A stretch of 63,276 bases of DNA from a virus (taxonomy: Duplodnaviria > Caudoviricetes): IMG/VR virus record IMGVR_UViG_3300032334_002666, positions 1 through 63,276 of that record. The stretch is one strand, 5' to 3'. Numbering within the stretch: position 1 is the first letter of the stretch; every line of letters begins with the position of its first letter. Made by a program: the position numbers and the translations under genes. The notes beneath the pieces are model-generated. The model was not told where the DNA came from and did no database searches. It saw nothing but the letters and a program-made list of their open reading frames with translations. This document shows positions 18,853 to 28,097 of this stretch, one piece after another.

Positions 18853-20220
18853 TTAGTTATTATACTCTTTTTGCAGGGCTTTTTTCAATTCTTGTAAATC
18901 TTCCCTGTACATTTGTAATGGTTCTCTCTTCTTGATCTCCTCAAGCTCCCTCTCTTTTTGAAACTCTGCACTTATTAAGTCTTCATATGTTTCTTTAGTA
19001 AGTGAATGAATCGGCATTCCTAATAGGTATTGGTATGATCCATTTATCTCATCAAAGTCAGCAGTTTGTAGATAGAGAATAATCTCTTTTCGAGGCACAT
19101 TATTGATTTTTAATTTACCCTCAATTATTGCTTTAACGAAACGTGCTCTATTTGAGAGAAGAGTAAGTTCCTGATTTAGGGTATCGATAATAAACTGTTT
19201 TCTCTTATCATAAAAAGAGAGCCTAAATTTTACAAAATATTCGATAATTTCGCTAGCTGAGCTAAATATCTTAAGTTTACCAAATTCGTCAAGAACAGTA
19301 AAGTTTTCAGTCTGACGCTCTTCCATCTTAAGTAGTCTTTTCAGTCTAACTGAATCGCTTAACGTCTTAAGATCTTCTCTTCTAAACTTAATGACATAAT
19401 TAATATTAGACTTGCAATTATTCTCATAGCTTGCTATTCTTCTAGAATCCTCAAGGTCTATTAGGTGCTGATCAAATTTCTCATATGTGATAGATGGAGG
19501 AAGCTCGGTAATAGACACAGTAGTTGTGTTTTTTACTTCATACTTTCCGCTAAACACCCAAGAAAACTTTTCAGGATCAACTAGGTCACAGGCTCCAATA
19601 AATTCTCTATTCCATGGAGTCGGTTCTGCATATTTCTTTTGATCTAGTGATTTTAAGCAGGCATCTATCAGGCTAACTGGATTGCGATTTAATATATTTG
19701 TTGCGAAACCTACAGCAATCCCGCTACCGCCATTTAGGAGGACAGTCGGGATAATAGGTAGAAAATATTTAGGTTCAATCTCATTGCCTTCTTCGTATCG
19801 GGATTCTAATAATTCAAAATCCTTATATAAGAGTCTAAAGTTCTTATGTAGTTTAGTTGCAATATATCGAGCGGCTGCAGCTTCTGGTGAACGTAGGGAT
19901 CCAAACTGACCAATATCTTCTAATACTGGCATTGAATTCTTAAATTTTTGAGCCATTCCTACAATAGCTGAATTTAGAGATCCATCACCATGATGATAAA
20001 AAGCATCGGCTGCTACTCTACCTGCAAGTTGAAAGATTTTCATTGGTTTTTCAGAACCGTTTTTCCAAACCTTATTTGCAACAAAGATTACTTTACGTTG
20101 AGTCGGTTTAAATCCATCGATTACTGACGGAATTGCTCTTTCCTCAACAACGTATACTGCATATTCTTTGTAGTCGTTGTCTAGATAATCGGTTACTGTT
20201 TTTATTTCGGGCTTTCGCAT
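18853..20220 (-). CDS. DNA topoisomerase II, GyrA/ParC-like subunit (T4 gp52-like)
   Basis: DGFKPTQRK, YHHGD, catalytic AAARYI and GIAVGFAT motifs. Confidence 0.95.
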   Translation of the reverse strand: MRKPEIKTVTDYLDNDYKEYAVYVVEERAIPSVIDGFKPTQRKVIFVANKVWKNGSEKPMKIFQLAGRVAADAFYHHGDGSLNSAIVGMAQKFKNSMPVLEDIGQFGSLRSPEAAAARYIATKLHKNFRLLYKDFELLESRYEEGNEIEPKYFLPIIPTVLLNGGSGIAVGFATNILNRNPVSLIDACLKSLDQKKYAEPTPWNREFIGACDLVDPEKFSWVFSGKYEVKNTTTVSITELPPSITYEKFDQHLIDLEDSRRIASYENNCKSNINYVIKFRREDLKTLSDSVRLKRLLKMEERQTENFTVLDEFGKLKIFSSASEIIEYFVKFRLSFYDKRKQFIIDTLNQELTLLSNRARFVKAIIEGKLKINNVPRKEIILYLQTADFDEINGSYQYLLGMPIHSLTKETYEDLISAEFQKERELEEIKKREPLQMYREDLQELKKALQKEYNN

Positions 20221-20540
20221 TTAAAATATTTGTTTTCTATAAGATACTCATAAAGACCTGGAAGATCCTTGATTATTTCGACCTGTTCACCGCTATCAGT
20301 AGAATATGCCTGCATTTCAGGATTACCAATACCGTCCTGTAAATAGTTTTTCTCATACATAAACCAGTCAAACCAGTCTAAACCTTCAGCGGTTAGGATC
20401 TCTCCCCAAAGATAGTTAATTACAATACTATATCCTTCAGTAAACTCTATTAGATCTATACCATTTTCGTATGAACTATCGAGTCTAGCAGAATTTTTAA
20501 CCATCAAGTCAACAATATGTTTAAATTTTTCAAAAGTCAT
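20202..20540 (-). CDS. Hypothetical protein
   Basis: 112-aa ORF with an EGLDWFDWFMYE motif. Confidence 0.7.
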   Translation of the reverse strand: MTFEKFKHIVDLMVKNSARLDSSYENGIDLIEFTEGYSIVINYLWGEILTAEGLDWFDWFMYEKNYLQDGIGNPEMQAYSTDSGEQVEIIKDLPGLYEYLIENKYFKCESPK

Positions 20541-20558
20541 ATTATGGGATTTTTCTAT

Positions 20559-20586
20559 CTTCTACTTAGGCGAATACAAAGGTTTT
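20559..20586 (-). promoter_or_regulatory. Class B promoter AAAACCTT-N14-TAGAAG
   Basis: Shared motif, 18 nt before the ATG at 20540. Confidence 0.5.
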
Positions 20587-20682
20587 AAGCATCCAGGCAA
20601 CGGTGACGATTACTGAGCCCATTATTAACATCCAAATAAAGACGAATTTTGGTCTTCTTTCAAATTCATTGTAATACTTCAT
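20566..20682 (-). CDS. 38-aa single-pass membrane protein (not in ORF track)
   Basis: MKYYNEFERRPKFVFIWMLIMGSVIVTVAWMLKTFVFA; TAATG overlap with the topoisomerase stop. Confidence 0.6.
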   Translation of the reverse strand: MKYYNEFERRPKFVFIWMLIMGSVIVTVAWMLKTFVFA

Positions 20683-22550
20683 TAATTTTTATTATTTCCA
20701 AGAATCCTGTCCTTTCTAGGTTGAGAATCCTTACCGAACCACGACTCAAGGGACTCTTTATAGTCTTTATCGTTCTTTATTTGAACTAGGTTTGGATTTT
20801 TGATTATTTCTTCGTATTCAGCGTCCTCTAGAGCACCAAGTCCCTTTTTATATTCAATATCCCAAGCGGAAGCCTTATTCTTCTTTGTCCACTTGTCAAA
20901 TTCTTCATTTGTGTAAAAATTAAGCGAGTCTTTGCCTTTTTTAGCGACTACTAGTGGAGTCATTACTTTATATACTCGACCTTGATCAAAAAGTTCGGGC
21001 CAAAAGCGATTAAAGAAGTTAATTAAGGTTGCAGCGATGTGGCTACCGTCTGGATCGGCATCAGTGTAGATATAGATGCGACCATACCGTAATCCTTTAG
21101 GTTCTTCGCCTAGTTTTAGTCCAAGTGAGGCCATTAGCTGCACGGCTTCATCATTTTTAGCAATTTCAGAAGGTTTCATCTCACTAACGTTGATAAATTT
21201 ACCTTTTAGTGGAAAAGCACCAATTATTTGAGTGTCTCTAAACTTACGAACTGCTGAAACTGCTGAAAGACCTTCATATATGCCTAAGATACACACTCCG
21301 CGATCACCTTTACGCTGTGCATCGATCAATTTAGGTATTTTGGTCTTATCCAAGTCTTTATTTAGCTTTCTAAGCTCTGCTCGCTCTTGAGCAAGTGCTT
21401 TTTTCTCAATCCAATCTAGAACTGACTGTATTATTTCTGACTTAAAGACTAGTTTTGCTAACCTATCTGTTACCTCATGCTTAGTACCGAAATCTTTGAC
21501 TTCAGTGATGAGTTTTTCCTTAGTTTGTGAGCTAAAGAATGAGTTTACAATAGTCGAATCAATAAAGACATAGAGGTGGTTTCTAATATCACTCGGCTTA
21601 ACATCAACTCTGTGCTTTTTCTTAATCATTTCTCGCAATTGTGCGATTAGCTGATTAGTGATATATTCAACGTGAGTTCCGCCGTCTTTAGTGTGTACTG
21701 AATTAACAAAACTTACGTTTTGAAAGCCATTTTCTGACTTTGCAAAGCCTACTTTCCAATCTTTTGTCTCGTCAAAGAAGTATTCATCAGCATATAACTG
21801 AATGTATTCTTCAAAACTTTTGAATTTGAGTAAATAGTCCTTTTTTACGCCGTCTTTTATCTTAGTTAGCTTTAAGGTAAGCTTATTGTTACATGCAACT
21901 AGGTCCAAACAACGTTTAAATAGGATTTGAAAGGACTTTTCATCGATTAATCGCATTTTAAATCTCTCAAGATCTGGAAAAAAGGAAATTTCAGTAAATC
22001 CTCTCTTCGCTGGAGTTATTTTTGCAGTAGTTCGCTTACCCATATTATCAGTAAAGGTTTGGTCGAACCTATTTTTACCATCACAGGTAGATATTGAGAA
22101 CTTTTTACTAAAGATATTAGTTAGTGTTGATCCTACACCATTGGTACCAGCAACAGTTCTCTGTTCAGTGTCATCAAAATTAGATCCAGCTTTTAGATTT
22201 GAGAAAATCATTTCAGGAATCCACTCTTTATGGACTGGATGCTTCTCTACTGGAATTCCACCGTTATCCCAGATTGAAATCTCAGTAGTATCTAGATTAA
22301 GAGTCACTCGGATCTCATTTAATTTAGGATTTCGACGATGTTCATCGACTGAATTGGAAACAATTTCATCAAATAATTTAATAAATCCTGGATTATAGTT
22401 AACCTCCTCAATGGTTACCTTTTCTCCATCGTAGAGATATTGATCTCCAGTATGGGTGACAATTGAGCCAACATACATCGATGGACGAAGTAGGACGTGT
22501 TCGACGTCAGTTAATTTTTGATACTGAGTTTCTATTGATTTCCTAGCCAT
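20682..22550 (-). CDS. DNA topoisomerase II, GyrB/ParE-like ATPase-TOPRIM subunit (T4 gp39+60-like, unsplit)
   Basis: HVLLRPSMYVG, EIVSNSVD, DNGGIP, GTNGVG, EGLSA, PLKGK and DADPDG motifs. Confidence 0.95.
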   Translation of the reverse strand: MARKSIETQYQKLTDVEHVLLRPSMYVGSIVTHTGDQYLYDGEKVTIEEVNYNPGFIKLFDEIVSNSVDEHRRNPKLNEIRVTLNLDTTEISIWDNGGIPVEKHPVHKEWIPEMIFSNLKAGSNFDDTEQRTVAGTNGVGSTLTNIFSKKFSISTCDGKNRFDQTFTDNMGKRTTAKITPAKRGFTEISFFPDLERFKMRLIDEKSFQILFKRCLDLVACNNKLTLKLTKIKDGVKKDYLLKFKSFEEYIQLYADEYFFDETKDWKVGFAKSENGFQNVSFVNSVHTKDGGTHVEYITNQLIAQLREMIKKKHRVDVKPSDIRNHLYVFIDSTIVNSFFSSQTKEKLITEVKDFGTKHEVTDRLAKLVFKSEIIQSVLDWIEKKALAQERAELRKLNKDLDKTKIPKLIDAQRKGDRGVCILGIYEGLSAVSAVRKFRDTQIIGAFPLKGKFINVSEMKPSEIAKNDEAVQLMASLGLKLGEEPKGLRYGRIYIYTDADPDGSHIAATLINFFNRFWPELFDQGRVYKVMTPLVVAKKGKDSLNFYTNEEFDKWTKKNKASAWDIEYKKGLGALEDAEYEEIIKNPNLVQIKNDKDYKESLESWFGKDSQPRKDRILGNNKN

Positions 22551-24142
22551 TATTTTTTTGCTAATTTTTTTATTTTTAGTGCATCTAAAAAATATTGAGG
22601 CACATTTTTATTTTCAAGAATTTGATCAAAACACTCGTCTAAGATATAGGTCTCTGCCCAATCGTCATCGTTTCTTATTGATCTACCATATGCTTGCAAA
22701 AGGTCCACCAGGGTCTTCCAATTGTACCACTCTGGGCGAGTATCTAACCGTTTCTTTATCTTTGTACTAACAAGATTTGGAAAAGGTACTTTTAGGATTA
22801 CTTGAAATCTAGAAAGTTCATCCTTTAAGTCGACACCATTAATCATTGATGGAGAGACAAGTACTGTTTCTAGACTAGAAGTTAAGTGATCGGCTAGTGA
22901 TTTTTCTCTAGTAAAGGAATCATGAAAGATTAGTCGTTTATCTTTTATCGAACCTTGTATCCATTTACTGAATTCATAGTTAGAGGTATGGATAATTCCT
23001 TTATGCTCATGATTCTTTTCTAGTATTTTTCCTATTATTGGAATTGCTCTAGCAAAAGTCTCCTTCTTATTATAGTAGGACATTTTGCCAAATTTCAAAT
23101 ATATTACTGGTCGAGCCTCCGCTTTAAATGGACAAGGTAGAGCAAGATAAGTTGATTCATGATCTTCTATTCCCATAATAAATGAAAATAATTCACGATC
23201 AAGTAGAGTACCTGACATTAGGATCACATGGTCATATTGGTCCCAGAATAATTCCTTAAGATAAAGATTTCCCCAAATAGGCTCAACGATAATTCGGGTC
23301 TTGCCGTATTGATCTAGATCTTTTTCAAATGTCCAATTGGTTTTATAGTTTTCTTTATCGTTAACAAATCGATTATACTTACACATTGACTTATCAACAT
23401 GATCAGCTTTCTTAATTAGCTCAATCTTCTTTTTCTTAGCTCTAGTCTCTTTGGCTTCATCCAATAGTTCGCCTGCCTTTTGCTCTAGAAGAGGAACAAG
23501 TATACTACTTGTCCAGGCAGATAATTCCTGAAGAGACGAAACATTATCAAGATCACGTTCCATCCAATCTTGCCAAATATCCAATATTTTTAAACTACGT
23601 TCAGAATATGTAGATAGAATAAAATCACAAAATGTTTCCTCAAATGCATGGGCTTCATCAATTATTAGAAGCTTTGAATTGCGTTCAGCCATCATCTCCG
23701 GCGAATACATAGAATATGCAGTAACTAGGTGGAAATTTGCAAGACTGACAGGACTCTTTAGAAATTTAGATTGTGCAATCTTATGGGGGCATATATTACA
23801 CCGCTTTTCATTTGCTTTATTAATTACTTGTGCATCGCCACAACCCATACCTTGAGTACGACACCAATAATTATTTTTACCTTTAAGATTAGCAGCAAAA
23901 GTAAAATCTTTTACGTATTGATCTTGTAGAATTTTAGTATTGGTAACAATATCAGTTTTTGATTTTTTAGAGTGTTCACCACGATACCACTCTGCAACCA
24001 TGATTGCAGCATAAGATTTTCCTACACCAGTTGGAGCATCCACCATAATAAATTTTTTGCCATCCTTAATAGATGACTTTACAAAGTCCAATATTTGGAC
24101 TTGTTGGGGTCTTGGTGAAAACTCAAGAGGAATATCACTCAT
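22550..24142 (-). CDS. DinG/Rad3-family SF2 helicase
   Basis: APTGVGKS, DEAH, LMSGT, GVDL and QAYGRSIR motifs; a Cys cluster in the Fe-S position. Confidence 0.9.
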   Translation of the reverse strand: MSDIPLEFSPRPQQVQILDFVKSSIKDGKKFIMVDAPTGVGKSYAAIMVAEWYRGEHSKKSKTDIVTNTKILQDQYVKDFTFAANLKGKNNYWCRTQGMGCGDAQVINKANEKRCNICPHKIAQSKFLKSPVSLANFHLVTAYSMYSPEMMAERNSKLLIIDEAHAFEETFCDFILSTYSERSLKILDIWQDWMERDLDNVSSLQELSAWTSSILVPLLEQKAGELLDEAKETRAKKKKIELIKKADHVDKSMCKYNRFVNDKENYKTNWTFEKDLDQYGKTRIIVEPIWGNLYLKELFWDQYDHVILMSGTLLDRELFSFIMGIEDHESTYLALPCPFKAEARPVIYLKFGKMSYYNKKETFARAIPIIGKILEKNHEHKGIIHTSNYEFSKWIQGSIKDKRLIFHDSFTREKSLADHLTSSLETVLVSPSMINGVDLKDELSRFQVILKVPFPNLVSTKIKKRLDTRPEWYNWKTLVDLLQAYGRSIRNDDDWAETYILDECFDQILENKNVPQYFLDALKIKKLAKK

Positions 24143-24321
24143 ATTGTAGGTTCCAGTTTTTTCATTATTATTTTAATGTCCTCCTTAATCTCCCTTATTG
24201 AAGGGTCAAGTGAATTTTTTAATTCTTCCTTATTCATTGATTCAAAGACTTGACGACAACACTCTTTAATTATCGTACGTTCTCTTTTTGAAAAACCAGG
24301 TTTTAACAGTCTTCTAAACAT
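24139..24321 (-). CDS. Hypothetical protein
   Basis: 60-aa ORF, ATGA-coupled to the helicase gene. Confidence 0.55.
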   Translation of the reverse strand: MFRRLLKPGFSKRERTIIKECCRQVFESMNKEELKNSLDPSIREIKEDIKIIMKKLEPTI

Positions 24322-24359
24322 TATGCATTATTTATAGGGTACAGTAATAAAACTCAAAA

Positions 24360-25154
24360 TTAGTGGGAGGTTTTAAGTTGACTCTCATGATACCACATTC
24401 TTCTACCGTTTTTGTCAGTAAACCATTGGCCTTTGCCATAGCACTGCATCCACTCATCAAAACCTCCTTCTGGAACCTGGAATGGATTCGTCCAATCTTT
24501 TAATTGACCTCCACCTAGCACATAGGCTTCCCTAGGTAGTTGTTCACATAGCTCAAGTATTGCAGGATTCACGGTAAGCGCAGTACGTGCATCTATGAAA
24601 GGATCCTGCTCTGCATGGAAGAGAATCTCAGCTCGGAGATAGTTTCCTATCCCATTGAAATATAGTTGATTCATGAGCACAAGATGAATAGGTTTATCGA
24701 ATTCTTTCTTGTATAGATTAAGTAGGATGTTTTCTCGAAATTGGCTTGGTTCTTTTACTGGACACGGTCCTCTGTTAGTAGACCAGTCGTCAACTACCTT
24801 CCATCTAGCAAATCGACGAGTGTCAACTAGACATAGACTATAGTTGTCAATACTACTAAATTTCATGTGAGTATGTTTAGGCATATAGTCACGGTGACAT
24901 AGTGCCCAATGACCAGACATGCCCATTGAACAGCTAATCTTCATAAATACTTCACCTCCTTGAATTAGTGAGAGCAATAACTCCTTACCTCTAGACTCAG
25001 AAGTGATCCTAAATATTTGAAGATCGGTTGGCTGGACAATTCCTAGTTTACGACTCATGGCACTTTCTGAAAAAGCGATTGACGTAAAATCTTTTTTCTC
25101 ACAGGCGGAATTTATAAAATCCGCCATTATTTTTATTTCTGCTAGTTCTGGCAT
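24360..25154 (-). CDS. Fpg/Nei DNA glycosylase-AP lyase, NEIL1-like
   Basis: N-terminal PE catalytic motif, RGKEL, H2TH GIGNYLRAEIL and a zincless finger (DKNGRRMW). Confidence 0.9.
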   Translation of the reverse strand: MPELAEIKIMADFINSACEKKDFTSIAFSESAMSRKLGIVQPTDLQIFRITSESRGKELLLSLIQGGEVFMKISCSMGMSGHWALCHRDYMPKHTHMKFSSIDNYSLCLVDTRRFARWKVVDDWSTNRGPCPVKEPSQFRENILLNLYKKEFDKPIHLVLMNQLYFNGIGNYLRAEILFHAEQDPFIDARTALTVNPAILELCEQLPREAYVLGGGQLKDWTNPFQVPEGGFDEWMQCYGKGQWFTDKNGRRMWYHESQLKTSH

Positions 25155-25189
25155 ATTATTAAAATACTAAAAAAATCGACATAGTTAAG

Positions 25190-25197
25190 ATAAATAA
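25190..25197 (+). promoter_or_regulatory. Class A (late) promoter ATAAATAA
   Basis: 17 nt before the ATG at 25215. Confidence 0.6.
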
Positions 25198-25214
25198 TAA
25201 AAAAATATTAGAAC

Positions 25215-25613
25215 ATGAGTTTTGTACTTAATTTTAAAAACTGGTCTAAAGTAAACGAAGAAGCGATGGATGCAACTGCTGCAAATAATGGAACTAAAGC
25301 ATTTAACGCAATTAGAGCAGCAATGTCTGGAATTGGAACGGATGAACCTGGTGTTGAAAAGGGAGTAATGATGATCTTAACATTAGAAGATTATAAGACA
25401 TGTCTAGCTTTAGTAAAAGCAGCAAGTACTATGTTTGATACATATGAGACGATCATGGAATATATTGCAACTGACATGAGTTATGGTGATGAGTATGATG
25501 AAGATCAGGCAGCACCGGTTCAAAACTGGGGACAACTGGACAATAATCCATATTTAAACAGAATGTCCGCTCACTTACGAAAATTTAGCGGAAAAGAAGT
25601 TATTTGGAAATAA
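25215..25613 (+). CDS. Putative internal head protein with an annexin-like repeat
   Basis: CTS-like N-terminus (VLNFKNWSKVNE); AIRAAMSGIGTDE matches the annexin endonexin consensus. Confidence 0.6.
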   Translation: MSFVLNFKNWSKVNEEAMDATAANNGTKAFNAIRAAMSGIGTDEPGVEKGVMMILTLEDYKTCLALVKAASTMFDTYETIMEYIATDMSYGDEYDEDQAAPVQNWGQLDNNPYLNRMSAHLRKFSGKEVIWK

Positions 25614-25634
25614 GAATAAATTTTTTAATCAAAT

Positions 25635-25664
25635 AAAAAAGCATCACCTTTGTGATGCTTTTTT
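25635..25664. terminator. Bidirectional terminator
   Basis: AAAAAAGCATCAC-CTTT-GTGATGCTTTTTT. Confidence 0.8.
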
Positions 25665-26378
25665 GATTAATAAGAAAAGTAAACCTGTTACAAATCCTCC
25701 AATGTGAGCATAGTCACTACCATCAAGGATATTAGTATTCTTGAATATGCTGAATAGTGTAAATCCTATACAATATGCCGCAAGTAAATTAAAGCCAATC
25801 TTTTTCAAGTTAGTTAAGTTCAATAGCAAATAGATTGCAATAATTCCATAAAGAGCAGAAGACGCTCCGCATGTTTTAGAAATCACTCGATTATATTCTC
25901 TAACTATTACTATATCACTTTCATCAAGAGTAGATAAGTATTCTTGAGATACTCTGTGATCATTTATCTCAATAGTAGAAGGTTTAATATGTAGAGCTGA
26001 AAGCGACTTTTCAATCTTTTGCTTGTTTTGGTGATATGCATAGTTTGTTGTAGAGTATCCAACAATTCCACATAATATATAGATCAAAAACATATTCTTG
26101 GTTCCAAACTTTACTTCAATTGACGGAGCAAAGATTAAGAATAGAATCATATTAAACAAGATATGAGTAAAATTGATAGAGTGAGTGAATCCACTAGTGA
26201 TTATAGCAAGAGGATTAAAATACTCAGAATAGGTAGGATATGCACCAAGATAGTTAGTCAAATTAATACTAGCACAATAGTAAGTAACTAGTGTTAATGC
26301 ATAAACGAGTAAGTTTATTGAAACCAGGTATTTTACTCCGATTGGAAGTGAAGATACATATTTTTTAATTGCTTTCAT
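25644..26378 (-). CDS. Rhomboid-family intramembrane serine protease
   Basis: FTH..FTHILFNM, catalytic GASS and AHIGG motifs, with several TM helices; likely start at ATG 26378. Confidence 0.88.
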   Translation of the reverse strand: MKAIKKYVSSLPIGVKYLVSINLLVYALTLVTYYCASINLTNYLGAYPTYSEYFNPLAIITSGFTHSINFTHILFNMILFLIFAPSIEVKFGTKNMFLIYILCGIVGYSTTNYAYHQNKQKIEKSLSALHIKPSTIEINDHRVSQEYLSTLDESDIVIVREYNRVISKTCGASSALYGIIAIYLLLNLTNLKKIGFNLLAAYCIGFTLFSIFKNTNILDGSDYAHIGGFVTGLLFLLIKKASQR

Positions 26379-26427
26379 ACACTCTATTTTAATTCTAAAA
26401 TACATAAAAAAGTAGGTCATTTAAAAA

Positions 26428-26435
26428 ATAAATAA
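26428..26435 (+). promoter_or_regulatory. Class A (late) promoter ATAAATAA
   Basis: 19 nt before the ATG at 26455. Confidence 0.6.
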
Positions 26436-26454
26436 CTAAAAAAGTATTTTTATT

Positions 26455-28050
26455 ATGTCATACTTATTAAATTACAAAAATTGGAGAACTCTCCATGAAT
26501 CAGTGTCTCTAAATGAATCATTAGACACAAATATTCTTACTTGGGCTTCAGCTATACCTAGTGTTAAAATAGGAAATGAAATAATTGGATCAGCTGATGA
26601 TACAACGATTACTCTTAATTTAGATAAGACTCAAAATAATGCTACTTTTGAGACTATGACACGGATAGTCGGGCAAGAGGCATTACCTAATTTTATATTT
26701 GGAAATAGCAATATCAATAGTGAACTTAAGTATGAAAGAATGTTTGGATTAATTTTAGCTGGACTCGGTCAGTATGCTGGATCATTTGATGCTATCTCAG
26801 ATGTTAGTAAAATTGAGGCACTTATACCTAAACTTAATTTTAGTTTAACGAAATCCCCTGAACCAATACAATTAATTGGAAAATCGTCAGAGATGATTGA
26901 CACTGAAGGACTAGTACAATTTGGACAAAGAATTCTTACTCCAGGAATTACTAAGTCGTCTACTGTACGTAGCATATGTGGATATATTAATGCATTTAAT
27001 CTTCAAAACTGGGCATCCGGTTCCTTTGAACAATATGATCCGACTAAAATATTAACATCTGAAAACATAGTTAACTTAACTTCATCTAATAGAGAAGTAC
27101 TAACTGTAGAAAAAGGATATGTGATATTAGTTAGTCCAGCAAGTTCAAGCTTAACTGGCGGAGATAGAGGAACCACTACTGAGTTGACACAAGGAGAAGA
27201 GGCAAAAACTGGATCAGTAGCTATTGCATTTACTACAGGTAGAGCAGATATTGATGATAAAGGAGTTAAAGTTGATGCAACTCACCCTAATGTAAAAGAG
27301 ATTGGTGATAAAATCATTAGTTATTTAGGAGACTCCGGTATTGCTGATACAATGACACTTATTTCATCAGCAAGTCCAGACTATGGAACTATTAAAAATG
27401 TAACAGGCTGGGAGAAATCATATGTAAAAGGTACAACTGGAACATCTGATCCTGGTGCTGGAGCAGATGACGCAGGTAAAAATATAAAACTTGCGTACGA
27501 TAGAGGTGTTACTTTTAGAAATGCATTAACTGCATATTTAGGAGGACACTTAAAAGCTAACAGTATTTCAGTTTCTTGGAAGATATCAACGGCTGAACCA
27601 AATGGAGGAAAAAATATCTCCTACTCAATTGCAACAAAGAGTGTTGCCGCTCAACCAATTACTAAAACTACTTATCAAGGAGCAAAGGTAGCGATTAATA
27701 AAGCAGACAATGGAATCTATGTATACAAGGTTAAGTTTAATGCTGCTGCACTTGTAGAAGCAGGAAAGGGTAAATCTCAACCATATGAATCGTTAAAAAT
27801 AGGAGATATGATTAGAATCAAAGGAGCTCTAACTGATCCTAGAACAGGTAAAACTGTTTTTAGTGATAAAGGAAAGGACGAAGTTGAAGTAAAAGTAACA
27901 CGAGTAGAGGATAATAAAGTATATGTACAAGTGCCTAAGAAAGATGAAGATGATAAAGTGATCGAAGGTCAATTTGTAGATAAAGAAATCGTTAAAGAAA
28001 GATACCTCGGATTAGCTGCAAAACAGGCTAAACCTGTAGCCGGCGTTTAA
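26455..28050 (+). CDS. Putative internal virion protein with an OmpA-like domain and a C-terminal SH3/KOW-like domain
   Basis: CTS-like N-terminus (LLNYKNWRTLHE); IAFTTGRADI...ISSAS...NIKLAYDRG resembles OmpA_C. Confidence 0.55.
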   Translation: MSYLLNYKNWRTLHESVSLNESLDTNILTWASAIPSVKIGNEIIGSADDTTITLNLDKTQNNATFETMTRIVGQEALPNFIFGNSNINSELKYERMFGLILAGLGQYAGSFDAISDVSKIEALIPKLNFSLTKSPEPIQLIGKSSEMIDTEGLVQFGQRILTPGITKSSTVRSICGYINAFNLQNWASGSFEQYDPTKILTSENIVNLTSSNREVLTVEKGYVILVSPASSSLTGGDRGTTTELTQGEEAKTGSVAIAFTTGRADIDDKGVKVDATHPNVKEIGDKIISYLGDSGIADTMTLISSASPDYGTIKNVTGWEKSYVKGTTGTSDPGAGADDAGKNIKLAYDRGVTFRNALTAYLGGHLKANSISVSWKISTAEPNGGKNISYSIATKSVAAQPITKTTYQGAKVAINKADNGIYVYKVKFNAAALVEAGKGKSQPYESLKIGDMIRIKGALTDPRTGKTVFSDKGKDEVEVKVTRVEDNKVYVQVPKKDEDDKVIEGQFVDKEIVKERYLGLAAKQAKPVAGV

Positions 28051-28066
28051 AACAAGCTTATTAATT

Positions 28067-28097
28067 AAAAAGGGAATCTTAACGATTCCCTTTTTTT
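28067..28097. terminator. Bidirectional terminator
   Basis: AAAAAGGGAATC-TTAAC-GATTCCCTTTTTTT. Confidence 0.85.

Noticed and set aside
24328-24336. Perfect TATAAATAA late promoter on the minus strand
   Set aside because: It is only 6 nt from the next ATG and precedes helicase/topoisomerase genes, unlike the other copies; it may be chance in AT-rich DNA.
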